Positions 19,274 to 28,193 of a stretch of DNA of 64,000 nt are shown here, in pieces. The stretch is from Eubacteriales bacterium (lineage in GTDB: Bacteria > Bacillota > Clostridia > Oscillospirales > UBA644): contig JAZTWH010000011.1 in NCBI GenBank assembly GCA_045635765.1, positions 4,411 through 68,410 on the forward strand, read 5' to 3'. Below the pieces are notes generated by a model. That model ran no database searches. It saw nothing but the letters and a program-made list of their open reading frames with translations, and had not been told where the DNA came from. The translations under genes were made by a program, and so were the position numbers. The number at the start of each line of letters is the position of its first letter. The first letter of the stretch is position 1.

Positions 19274-19456
19274 ATAAAAGCTCTCCTTTGAGAAAAATTG
19301 GCAAAGTCGTCGGAAGCGACCGCCGTGCTTACCTTAGCAAGGGGTAAGGTCGGCGATCCTTTCCGTAGGAAGTATAATTGAACTCCCGTAATGTTATCAT
19401 AACCCAATTTCTTGGGCTTCCTTTGACATAAATTCGGGAATTTTATGGGAAGACCT

Positions 19457-20038
19457 TTACAAAATATCCCAGCGGGTCAGGTGGTATTGGAGGCAATCCG
19501 CCGTATTGCCCCGCAGGGAGATATACCCGGGGAGGGTTTTCTGGTATCGGTATCCGGCTTTTTCCAGGACCCGCAGGGAGGGGGCGTTGTCCGGATGACA
19601 GATGGCGATGATCTCGTCCATCCGCAGGACCGTCAGGGTGTAGATCCCCAACGCCTTCACGCACTCGGTGGCGTACCCCTGGCCCCAGCACTTGCGGGAA
19701 AGCCAGTAGCCGATTTCGGCAGAACGGTGAAAAAAATCAATTTTATTCAAATGAATCAGCCCCAGGACCTTGGCGTCTTCTTTTCGCTCCACCGCCCATT
19801 CGGTGCAAAGGCCGTGGTCCAGTTGGTTTTGAATATTTTCAACCATCTGGAGGGTCTCCTGCCGATCGTAGGGCCCCCAGGGCTCGTATCGGGTCACCCT
19901 TGGGTCGCCGGTGGCCTCCCATAGGTCGTCTGCGTCGGCACGGAATACTTTTCGGAGGCGAAGGCGGTCGGTTTCAATGACCGGGTAGGGGTCCATCAAA
20001 CGGGAAAACTCTCGTTCAAACTGTTTTTCCGGCTTCAT
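19457..20038 (-). CDS. GNAT-family N-acetyltransferase (RimJ/RimL-like)
   Basis: RLRLRKV...DDLWE...EIGYWL...WGQGYATE...NAPSLRVLEKAGY pattern. Confidence 0.8.
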   Translation of the reverse strand: MKPEKQFEREFSRLMDPYPVIETDRLRLRKVFRADADDLWEATGDPRVTRYEPWGPYDRQETLQMVENIQNQLDHGLCTEWAVERKEDAKVLGLIHLNKIDFFHRSAEIGYWLSRKCWGQGYATECVKALGIYTLTVLRMDEIIAICHPDNAPSLRVLEKAGYRYQKTLPGYISLRGNTADCLQYHLTRWDIL

Positions 20039-20041
20039 GTG

Positions 20042-21034
20042 TTACTGATTTCCGTATTTTTCTACGAATTCTTCGTAGCAAATTCCTTCCCTCATAATGA
20101 TTTGGGCCGCCTCCTTGCCCACGTAGCGGTAATGCCAAGGCTCGTAAATGATTTTGGTAATTTCGGTCTTATCCTTGGGATAGCGAAGGATAAACCCGTA
20201 TTCGGCACAATGGGAGTAGAGCCAGCGGAAGGCGTCGGTGTTCTCAAAGCCCTGATTGAGCCGGTCGAAGGAAGGAGTGGTAATGTCCGCCGCAAGGCCC
20301 GTATGATGCTCCGACGTTCCGGGAACGGCGACGATGGTGGCCGCAATCTTTGTGGCCTCCTCCCTGGAATGGCCTTTGTTGATATACTCCTGCACCTTGG
20401 CGTTAAAACTGTCGGTCTGCAGCTGAAGTCCCCGGTAGGTAGACCGAAGATACAGAATGATTCCGTCCTTCTTGGCGGCGAGTACCATCTCCTTGAAGGC
20501 GTCGGCACAAAGGGAATGAACCAGCCGGTCCTTGCCGTTGAGGGAAATTTCCGTCAGCTTTAAGGGGTAATTCTGGGGAAAGGGGTTGTCGGGATTGACC
20601 AAAATCATATTCCAAGCGGAGAAATCAAAGGACCCGTCGTCGTTGACCCCCGGAGAGGGGTCGTCGGTCTTGTAGTTGGAATTGGAATCCGTAGGACGGT
20701 TTCCGTTGGACGCTCCCGATGTTGCGGTGGACTGGGAATTGGTACCTGCGGACGAAGAGCCCGAGGCGGAATCCGTGTTGGAATCGGTGGCCGAATCGGT
20801 CCCCGAAGAGGAATTTTCATCGGAATCGGTGGTATCCGTCGTCAAATCCGTGGATAAAGAACCGGCCGAACCGTCCCAGTCCGAGGTCCGAATCTGGGTG
20901 TGGGAGTCGGTATTCCCCGAAAGGGACCCCTCGGAGGGCGTGTCGGGGCCTTTGGCCAACCATTGAACGGCAAAAATAATCAGGGCGACGGTTACCGCGG
21001 TCACGGTGGCACCCAGCAAAAGATGCATCCGCAT
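20042..21034 (-). CDS. membrane-anchored D-alanyl-D-alanine carboxypeptidase (VanY / peptidase M15B) with Ser/Thr/Asp-rich linker
   Basis: LVNPDNPFP, SEHHTGLAADI and FRWL...AEYGFILRYP..K...T.I.YEPWHYRYVG motifs. The ORF extends to 21226 but overlaps queG. ATG at 21034 (MRMHLLLG, followed by a TM helix) or TTG at 21067 are the plausible starts. Confidence 0.8.
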   Translation of the reverse strand: MRMHLLLGATVTAVTVALIIFAVQWLAKGPDTPSEGSLSGNTDSHTQIRTSDWDGSAGSLSTDLTTDTTDSDENSSSGTDSATDSNTDSASGSSSAGTNSQSTATSGASNGNRPTDSNSNYKTDDPSPGVNDDGSFDFSAWNMILVNPDNPFPQNYPLKLTEISLNGKDRLVHSLCADAFKEMVLAAKKDGIILYLRSTYRGLQLQTDSFNAKVQEYINKGHSREEATKIAATIVAVPGTSEHHTGLAADITTPSFDRLNQGFENTDAFRWLYSHCAEYGFILRYPKDKTEITKIIYEPWHYRYVGKEAAQIIMREGICYEEFVEKYGNQ

Positions 21035-21059
21035 CCGGGCGGCGGCTCTTCGGGACGTT

Positions 21060-21875
21060 CTACTCAAGGTCGGAGTCCTCCAATATGTAAAGATTTCGAA
21101 GCATCGTGGCTTTTCCCCGCCAGGCAAAGGCTCGGTTGGCATAGCGTTCCCGGAACTGGCGGTCGGAGAGGGGTTCAATGTCCTCAGCCTGCAACCGGGG
21201 CAGAATTTCATTGGGGGGTAGGGCAATGGCCGCCGTGGGAAGTCCCTGATTGTGGGGACAAACCTCTAAACAGCGGTCGCACCCCCAGGCCGTTTGGTTG
21301 TTGCGGATGGCGGTCCGTTCGGCGGAGGTTAATTCTCCCTTTTTTTGGGTCAAGTAGGCAAGACACCGGGTGTAGTCGAAGCCCTGCTCCGTCAACGCCC
21401 CGTTGGGACAGGCCTGGATACACCGGTCGCAATCTCCGCACTTCCGGGATACGGGAGCCGAGGAAAGATGAAATGCTCCGTCGGTCACGATCTCCCCCAA
21501 AAAAATGAAGGAGCCCTTTTCGGTGATGCACAGATTGTTCTTCCCCTTCACCGCAAGCCCGCTGATCAATGCGGCCTTTTGCTCGTCGACGGGGGCATTG
21601 TCCGTAAAGGGAGTAAAATAAAATTCAGGGTATAACTCCTTTAACTCCCCGGCAATCTGCCGAAGGATTTCCCCAAAATACCCATGATAATCGGGCAGTG
21701 CGGCAAAGCGAGCCAAATTTTGACCTTCCACCGCCGGAAAATAGTAGGGCAAGGGGGCAATCAATACGGTGTTTGCTCCCTCCAGGGGTCGTAACGCCAC
21801 CCGGGAAAAGGGGACGGAGGCAACGGTCAGCCCCTGGCGGGCAAAGGCTTCGGCAATGGGATGCATGACCGGCAC
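21060..21875 (-). CDS. queG: epoxyqueuosine reductase (QueG family, 4Fe-4S)
   Basis: CGDCDRCIQACPNGAL and WGCDRCLEVCPHN ferredoxin-type clusters plus the YLTQKKG motif. Somewhat short (271 aa) for the family. Confidence 0.75.
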   Translation of the reverse strand: MPVMHPIAEAFARQGLTVASVPFSRVALRPLEGANTVLIAPLPYYFPAVEGQNLARFAALPDYHGYFGEILRQIAGELKELYPEFYFTPFTDNAPVDEQKAALISGLAVKGKNNLCITEKGSFIFLGEIVTDGAFHLSSAPVSRKCGDCDRCIQACPNGALTEQGFDYTRCLAYLTQKKGELTSAERTAIRNNQTAWGCDRCLEVCPHNQGLPTAAIALPPNEILPRLQAEDIEPLSDRQFRERYANRAFAWRGKATMLRNLYILEDSDLE

Positions 21876-21947
21876 TTCCTTTCCTTATTATAATCACGAG
21901 AACGCTACCTCGGAGATTGTTGCTACGCAGCGGCTCCTCCGACACCG

Positions 21948-22290
21948 TTGTCCCGTCCGAGACAGACTTAGAACTTCCCCGCACCCGTCTCATCCGAGAC
22001 GGGCTTAGAACTTTCCTGCACCCGTCTCATCCGAGACAGACTTAGAATCGGCGTTATGGTCTGAGGAGTCTTTGGAATCGGCGTTATGGTCTGAGGAGTC
22101 CTTGGAATCGGCGTGCGGATTTAGAATGGAGATCCGGCGTTATGGCCTGAATTCCTTAGAATGGAGAATCGGCGTTATCGCCCGAGGATTCCTTGGGAGT
22201 GGTGGCTGTTTCGTCCGAGGAGTCCTTGGAGGTGGTGGCTGTTTCGTTCGAGGAGTTCTTGGAATCTGCGTCCGATTTATCCGAGGCGGA
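21948..22290. repeat. tandem repeat array D (33-39-bp related units, about 9 copies) spanning the ftsH stop codon
   Basis: Units CCGTCTCATCCGAGACAGACTTAGAAC..., GGAATCGGCGTTATGGTCTGAGGAGTCCTT..., GGAGGTGGTGGCTGTTTCGT(C/T)CGAGGAGT(C/T)CTT. The last units encode the FtsH C-terminal tail; the rest are non-coding. Confidence 0.85.
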
Positions 22291-24168
22291 TTTCGGCTCT
22301 TGGGCGGGGGCGAAAACCTCTTCGGGGGTTTTGCCGTCCAGCAGGGCCCGGAATTGGTCTCCGGTGATCTTCTCGTGGATCATCAGTTGGCCTGCGATGG
22401 TGTGGAGCTGAGGCAAATTGTCCTGCAAAATTTGCTTGGCTCGGGCGTATTGCTCGTCAATAATGCGTTTGATTTCTTCGTCGATGGTGGCGGCGACCTT
22501 TTCCGAGTAGGTCTTGGATTCGGCGGTGAAGTCCCGGCCGAGGAAGACCTCCTCCCGGCCCGTACCGAAGAGGATGGGGCCTAATTTCTCAGACATTCCG
22601 TACCGCATGACCATCTGACGGGCCAGGTCGGTGACCATCTGAATATCCCCGGAGGCACCGGTGGAAATATCATCCAGGCACAGTTCTTCCGCGGCTCTTC
22701 CGCCCATTCCGTGAACGATGCGGTCCAGCATTTCCTTTTTGGACATATAACTCTTGTTTTCCACGGGCAGATAGGAGGTGTAGCCCCCAGCCATGCCCCG
22801 GGGAATGATGGAAATTTCGTTGACCTGGCTGTTGCCGTCGGCCACCACAGTCACGATGGCGTGGCCGGCTTCGTGGTAGGCCGTAAGCTTCTTTTCCTTG
22901 TCGGTGATCAGGCGGGATTTCTTCTCCACGCCCAATTCCACCTTCATGATGGCGTCGGTAATTTCTTCCATGGTGATGACCTTTCGGTTGGCTCGGGCGG
23001 CAAGGAGGGCGGCTTCGTTGAGCACGTTTTCCAATTCCGCAGGAGCAAAGCCGGAGGTTGCTTTTGCCACGTTTTCAAAATTCACGTCCTTGCCCATGGG
23101 CTTCTTCCGGGCATGGATCCGAAGGATTTCTTCTCTGGCCTTCACGTCGGGCAAGTGGATGACGATCTGTCGGTCAAAACGGCCGGGACGCAGTAACGCA
23201 CTGTCCAGAACGTCGGGACGGTTGGTGGCGGCCATGACAATGACTCCTTCGTTTTGCTCGAATCCGTCCATTTCCACCAACAGTTGGTTCAGGGTTTGTT
23301 CCCGTTCGTCATTTCCGCCCCCCAGCCCGGCCCCTCTCTGGCGGCCGACGGCATCGATCTCGTCAATAAAGACGATGCAGGGTGCGTTTTTCTTTGCCTG
23401 GTCGAAGGTGTCCCGGACACGGGAGGCACCGACGCCCACGTAAAGCTCCACGAAATCGGAGCCGGAAATGCTGAAGAAGGGAACCCCGGCTTCTCCGGCG
23501 GTGGCTTTTGCCATATAGGTTTTCCCCGTTCCCGGAGGGCCCACCATTAGAACGCCCCGAGGGATTCGGGCTCCCAGGTCGGTGTACTTTCTGGGATTTT
23601 TCAAAAATTCTACGATTTCCTGCAATTCTTCCTTTTCTTCATCGGCACCGGCCACGTCGTTGAAGGTGACCTTGTTTTTGCTGGAATCGGCAATTCTCAG
23701 CTTGGCACGGCTGAATCCCATGGCACCGCCCTTGCCGCCTCCCGACATCTGCTTCATCATGATCCAGCCGAAGAAGCAGACGGCACCGATCAAAAAGACG
23801 TAGGGGAGAAAGGAGACCCATACGGGGATGGATGCGGCCTGCTGAATGTCGTACCCCTCGGCCAGAACGCCGTTTTGGACGGCGGAATCAATGTAGGGCT
23901 GGACCTGGTCCAAAAACCGGGCGGTACTGTATAGCACGAAGGTTTCTTCGTCGGTAGAGGTGTCGGGTTCGGCCTTGAGTTTATACGTCAGCTTGTTTCC
24001 GACGATTTTAAACTCGGTGACCTGTTCATTTTTAAAATATCCCACTACGTCGGAATATTTTACGTCGTCCTTCTGAATTAGATCGCTGACCAGGTATGCG
24101 GAAATAAAGCATACCAAAAGCAGAATGATCCAAGAAACGACGCTGCGGATACGGTTGCTGTTGTTCAA
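22156..24168 (-). CDS. ftsH: ATP-dependent zinc metalloprotease FtsH
   Basis: Walker A GPPGTGKT, the SRH region, the zinc motif HEAGHA, and two N-terminal TM helices. Confidence 0.97.
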   Translation of the reverse strand: MNNSNRIRSVVSWIILLLVCFISAYLVSDLIQKDDVKYSDVVGYFKNEQVTEFKIVGNKLTYKLKAEPDTSTDEETFVLYSTARFLDQVQPYIDSAVQNGVLAEGYDIQQAASIPVWVSFLPYVFLIGAVCFFGWIMMKQMSGGGKGGAMGFSRAKLRIADSSKNKVTFNDVAGADEEKEELQEIVEFLKNPRKYTDLGARIPRGVLMVGPPGTGKTYMAKATAGEAGVPFFSISGSDFVELYVGVGASRVRDTFDQAKKNAPCIVFIDEIDAVGRQRGAGLGGGNDEREQTLNQLLVEMDGFEQNEGVIVMAATNRPDVLDSALLRPGRFDRQIVIHLPDVKAREEILRIHARKKPMGKDVNFENVAKATSGFAPAELENVLNEAALLAARANRKVITMEEITDAIMKVELGVEKKSRLITDKEKKLTAYHEAGHAIVTVVADGNSQVNEISIIPRGMAGGYTSYLPVENKSYMSKKEMLDRIVHGMGGRAAEELCLDDISTGASGDIQMVTDLARQMVMRYGMSEKLGPILFGTGREEVFLGRDFTAESKTYSEKVAATIDEEIKRIIDEQYARAKQILQDNLPQLHTIAGQLMIHEKITGDQFRALLDGKTPEEVFAPAQEPKSASDKSDADSKNSSNETATTSKDSSDETATTPKESSGDNADSPF

Positions 24169-24201
24169 GGGGATGCCTCCTGTATTATGAAGTTGTTTTT
24201 T

Positions 24202-24738
24202 TCAGTCTTCGGTGAATTCGATGACGCCCACGTAGGGGAGATTGCGGTGCTTTTCTCCGTAATCCAGGCCGTAGCCCACGACGAATTTGTCGGGGATCAC
24301 GAAGCCCGTATATTCTACGGGGACCATGTGGGTGTGGCGGGCAGGTTTGTCAAGAAGAGATACGATCTTTAAGGAGTTGACCCCCCGGCTCTTCAGGATC
24401 TCGACAATTTTGGAAAGGGTGTTTCCGCTGTCCAGAATATCCTCCACAATCAATACGTCCTTGCCGGCAATGTCCACGGAAAGATCTTTGACGATCTTTA
24501 CGGTTCCGCTGGATTCGGTGCTGTCTCCGTAACTGGAAACCACCATGAAATCAATGCCCACGGAAACGTCCTGGCTGACGGCCCTCATCAGATCGGTCAG
24601 AAACACCACCGCACCCTTGAGAATGGAAATCATCAAAACTTCCTTTCCCCGGTAGTCGGCCGAAATTTGGTCTGCCAGCTCTTGCGTTCTGGCCTTCAGC
24701 TCCGATTCGGTGATGTAAGGGGTAATCTTGTAGCCCAT
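24202..24738 (-). CDS. hpt: hypoxanthine phosphoribosyltransferase
   Basis: VLIVEDILDSGNTL PRPP-binding motif, 178 aa, classical tilS-hpt-ftsH context. Confidence 0.95.
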   Translation of the reverse strand: MGYKITPYITESELKARTQELADQISADYRGKEVLMISILKGAVVFLTDLMRAVSQDVSVGIDFMVVSSYGDSTESSGTVKIVKDLSVDIAGKDVLIVEDILDSGNTLSKIVEILKSRGVNSLKIVSLLDKPARHTHMVPVEYTGFVIPDKFVVGYGLDYGEKHRNLPYVGVIEFTED

Positions 24739-24777
24739 AATAGGGTCCTCCGTATGTATATGGTTTTCTTCTTCCTT

Positions 24778-26076
24778 TTATTTTTCCGAAAGAGTGATAA
24801 AATATCCCTCTTCTCCTTGGTTTGGCGTCTTATCTTGGTTCATTCCCAGGACTTCGCACCAAAGAACGCCCTCTTCGTCGGCCAGAACCCAAAGGGTATC
24901 CCGTTTTTGTTGGGGAATTTTTAATTCAATCATTCTTTTTTTAAGGGTTTTCGTTCCTCCGGGGGTCCGAAGGGAATCTCCGGGCTGTCGGGGACGAAGG
25001 GTCATGGCCCCCGTTGGACGAACCAAAGACCGGCGGTTGGAGGGGGTGCATTGCCCTTTGGTCACCCGCAAGATCCGGCCGTCGGGCAGAGGAGTCTCTT
25101 CTCCCGTGACGGAAATCTGCGGAAGAGGCTGCTTCGGTTGCGATAGCGTAATGATATTCTGCCCCAAATGGAGCCGGTATGTTCGGTCAAATTCAAGGGA
25201 GCCCGTTTCTTTTTTTAACAGTTCCAGAGCGTTTTCCGTTTGTTCAAAGGATAACTGTTTTCCCTGTCTTGCAAATAACTGTCTCAGGATTTCAGCCTGT
25301 TCCCCTTCCGGCAGGGCCCGTAATTCCCGGACGGGCAATTCCCGGGGATGGGATTCCAAAAACTGTTTGGCCCGCACTTCCAGCCCCGCCTGTTGCCGTT
25401 GTACCGTTTGGGCGGTCCGGCAGAGGGCCTGTCGGACGTTGGGATTGATCTTTTCCATCTCCGGCAAAAGAATATGCCGGATGCGGTTTCGGGTATAGAC
25501 GGTCTCTTCGTTGCTTGGGTCCCGTGCGTAGGGAATTCCGTTGGCGTTGCAATAGGAAAGAATCTGCTCCTTTTCCCGTTCGATCAGGGGGCGGATCAGG
25601 GTCAGGGGGCCTTCCTCCCGTTTGGGAAAAATTCCGCACAAGCCCTTGGGCCCTGCCCCGTGGAGCAAATGGAGCAACACCGTTTCGCATTGGTCGTCCC
25701 GGGTGTGGGCGGTGGCTAAGTGGCTCGCCCCCGTTTCTTGGGCAAGGATCCGAAAAAAGCCGTACCGAAGCCTCCGGGCGGCGGATTCCACCGTTTCCCC
25801 CTTTTGCAGTTCTTCCTTCACGTTGGTTCGGAACACCCGACAGGGGAGGTCGAGGCCGTTGCAGTATTCCTCGACCGTTTGGGCCTCTTGGTCCGATTCG
25901 GGGCGAAGTCCGTGATGAACGTGAGCCACGTACAAGGGGAACTCCGGAGCTTTGCGGGCATACCAATGAAGCATGGCCATGGAATCGGGACCGCCGGAAA
26001 CGGCAAGGACCAGCCCGGTGCAGTTTTCATGCAGTCGGAATTTTTTCACCGTATTTTCCACGCCGTTAAGGGGCAT
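24778..26076 (-). CDS. tilS: tRNA(Ile)-lysidine synthetase
   Basis: PP-loop LAVSGGPDSMAM. HTRDDQ.ET motif. Conserved context. Confidence 0.9.
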   Translation of the reverse strand: MPLNGVENTVKKFRLHENCTGLVLAVSGGPDSMAMLHWYARKAPEFPLYVAHVHHGLRPESDQEAQTVEEYCNGLDLPCRVFRTNVKEELQKGETVESAARRLRYGFFRILAQETGASHLATAHTRDDQCETVLLHLLHGAGPKGLCGIFPKREEGPLTLIRPLIEREKEQILSYCNANGIPYARDPSNEETVYTRNRIRHILLPEMEKINPNVRQALCRTAQTVQRQQAGLEVRAKQFLESHPRELPVRELRALPEGEQAEILRQLFARQGKQLSFEQTENALELLKKETGSLEFDRTYRLHLGQNIITLSQPKQPLPQISVTGEETPLPDGRILRVTKGQCTPSNRRSLVRPTGAMTLRPRQPGDSLRTPGGTKTLKKRMIELKIPQQKRDTLWVLADEEGVLWCEVLGMNQDKTPNQGEEGYFITLSEK

Positions 26077-27442
26077 TTCCGTAGCCCTCCGGGACTGTGA
26101 CGTTTTTGGCGGGAGAGGTAAAGGAGGTAAACCGTCCGTCCCAGTTCAGGGTGATCTTACCCACGGAGCCGTGGCGGTTTTTGGATACGTGAACGGTACA
26201 GATATTCTTCTTGGCCGCGTCCTTTTCGTAATAGTCCCGGGCCAAAAATACGATGACGTCCGCATCCTGCTCAATGGAGCCCGATTCTCTCAGGTCGGAC
26301 AGCTGAGGTGTGGGGTCTTCCCGCTTTTCGATTCCGCGGGACAGCTGGGACAGCAAAATGACGGGGACGTTCAATTCCTTGGCCATCAGCTTCAGGGACC
26401 GGGTAATGGCGGAAATCTCCTGGACCCGGTTGTCTCGGGCGGAGCCGGTGGCAGAGGACATCAATTGCAGATAGTCGATGACTACCAATCCCAGGTTGGG
26501 GACCTTACGCAATTTGGATTTCATATCCAAGGCGGTAATGTTTCCCGTTTCATCAATAAAGAAATTGATGTCCCGCAGATTGGAACGCCATACCTTCAGC
26601 AATTCTTCCCAATCCCGGGCGTCCAGCTTGCCCAGACGGAGCTTTTCACTTTCGATCTTGCAGGCGGTGGAGAGAATCCGGCGGGCCAACTGCTCCTTGG
26701 ACATTTCCAAAGAGAAGAATACCACGGATTTACGGGGATTGTATTGCGAAGATAAGGCAATATTGTAAGCAATATTTAAGGCAAAGGAGGTTTTTCCCAC
26801 CCCGGGACGGGCGGCCAAAATAAACAGGTCGCTGTTGTTTAGGCCCCCCAAGAAATTGTCCAGATCGGAAATTCCCATCTTAATGGGGGAGAATTTTCCC
26901 GTGTCGTCCTTTTCCATCTCCGTCAGGCGGTTGATCTCTTCCTTGGCAACAATCCCCAGCCGGTGAAGCTGTACGGCCTGCTTCCCGTTGGAGATGTCGT
27001 AAAATTTTTGCTCCGCCAGCCCCAGAACGGTGGGCAGGTCCGTATTGGCGTAGGACAGGTCGGTAATGTCCCTGCAGGCCTCAATGACCCGGCGGAGATT
27101 TGCCGTGTCGGAGATGATCTTCGTGTAATAATCAATGCTCTTGACCGAAGATGCATTCTCCGCCAGCAGAAGCAAATACTGACTGTCTTCCTCGGAGGTG
27201 AATTCCCCCTGCTCCCGGAGCTTGGAGAGCAAAAGAACCCCTTCGATGGGATCCGAATGGTCGTACATCTCCAGCATCGTTTCAAAAATCAGCTGATGGC
27301 GTTTTGCATAGAATTGATCCACCTGCAGCGTTTCCGCCAGGGTCCCGATGCTTTCGGGGTCCAGCAGCACCGACCCTAAGACGATCTGCTCCGCTTCCAC
27401 GTTGTGGGGCAGTTGCCGGTCAAAATCGTATTTCTGTTCCAT
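26066..27442 (-). CDS. dnaB: replicative DNA helicase
   Basis: PHN.EAE..VLGS, Walker A ARPGVGKT, and IDYLQLM and SQLSR motifs. Confidence 0.97.
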   Translation of the reverse strand: MEQKYDFDRQLPHNVEAEQIVLGSVLLDPESIGTLAETLQVDQFYAKRHQLIFETMLEMYDHSDPIEGVLLLSKLREQGEFTSEEDSQYLLLLAENASSVKSIDYYTKIISDTANLRRVIEACRDITDLSYANTDLPTVLGLAEQKFYDISNGKQAVQLHRLGIVAKEEINRLTEMEKDDTGKFSPIKMGISDLDNFLGGLNNSDLFILAARPGVGKTSFALNIAYNIALSSQYNPRKSVVFFSLEMSKEQLARRILSTACKIESEKLRLGKLDARDWEELLKVWRSNLRDINFFIDETGNITALDMKSKLRKVPNLGLVVIDYLQLMSSATGSARDNRVQEISAITRSLKLMAKELNVPVILLSQLSRGIEKREDPTPQLSDLRESGSIEQDADVIVFLARDYYEKDAAKKNICTVHVSKNRHGSVGKITLNWDGRFTSFTSPAKNVTVPEGYGNAP

Positions 27443-27474
27443 GAATCATCATTCTTCCTTGTAGGAATTTTTCA

Positions 27475-27924
27475 TCAAGCGTCCTGCTCGACCAAAACGG
27501 TCAATTCCCCGACAATCTCGGGATAGAGTTTAATTTCTGCCGTGTATTTTCCAAAGCCCCGGACCGGAAGCTTCAAGGAGATCTTTTTCTTATCCACTTC
27601 CATTCCCGTCTGGGCTTTCAGCGCTTCCGCAATGTCCTTGGTGGTGACGGCCCCCTGAAGGCATCCGTTGGCCCCCACCTTGCCCTTGATGATCACCTTA
27701 ACGGTGGAAAGGCGGGCCTTCATGTCCTCTGCCGCCTTCTTTTCTTCCGCCTTGCGGTGAGCCGCGGCGGCCTGTTGGGAGTTGTAGACGTTCAGATTCT
27801 CCGCATTGGCTTCCACGGCCAGATTGCGGGGAAACAAATAATTGCGGGCGTACCCGTCGGAAGTGTTAACCAGTTCTCCCTTTTTGCCGAGGGATTTTAC
27901 GTCGGCTTTCAAAATTACTTTCAT
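27475..27924 (-). CDS. rplI: 50S ribosomal protein L9
   Basis: [36 protein letters not shown]. Start taken at the internal MKVIL (27924). Confidence 0.95.
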   Translation of the reverse strand: MKVILKADVKSLGKKGELVNTSDGYARNYLFPRNLAVEANAENLNVYNSQQAAAAHRKAEEKKAAEDMKARLSTVKVIIKGKVGANGCLQGAVTTKDIAEALKAQTGMEVDKKKISLKLPVRGFGKYTAEIKLYPEIVGELTVLVEQDA

Positions 27925-27965
27925 GGAATCGAATCCTTTCGGTTTGATTTTAAATTTTGCTGGGC

Positions 27966-28150
27966 AGACTCCCAAAACGGAAATGCTCCCCGCTTCAACA
28001 GAGTTCTAATCGGGAATGTTCCCCGCTTCAACAGAGTTCTAATCGGAAATACTCCCCATTTCAACAGACTCCCCAAAATGCTCTTCGCTTCGACAGGCTT
28101 CCAAAAATGCTCTTCGCTTCGATAGGCTTCCAAAACGGAAACGCGGTTCT
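27966..28150. repeat. tandem repeat array E (33-bp unit x 2.8, then 30-bp unit x 2.5) between gdpP and rplI
   Basis: CGG(G/A)AATG(C/T)TCCCCGCTTCAACAGAGTTCTAAT x 2 plus a partial copy, then CC(A/C)AAAATGCTCTTCGCTTCGA(C/T)AGGCTT x 2 plus a partial copy. Confidence 0.85.
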
Positions 28151-28193
28151 TCTTTGGGGATGTTGTGGGGGCTTGGGTCGGAGGCGGAGGGGG

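Noticed and set aside
20042-21226. Full-length 394-aa version of the VanY-type ORF overlapping queG by about 165 nt.
   Set aside because: The overlapping N-terminal extension has no signal or TM logic. An internal start (ATG 21034 or TTG 21067) gives a normal basic N-terminus followed by a TM helix, and removes the long overlap.
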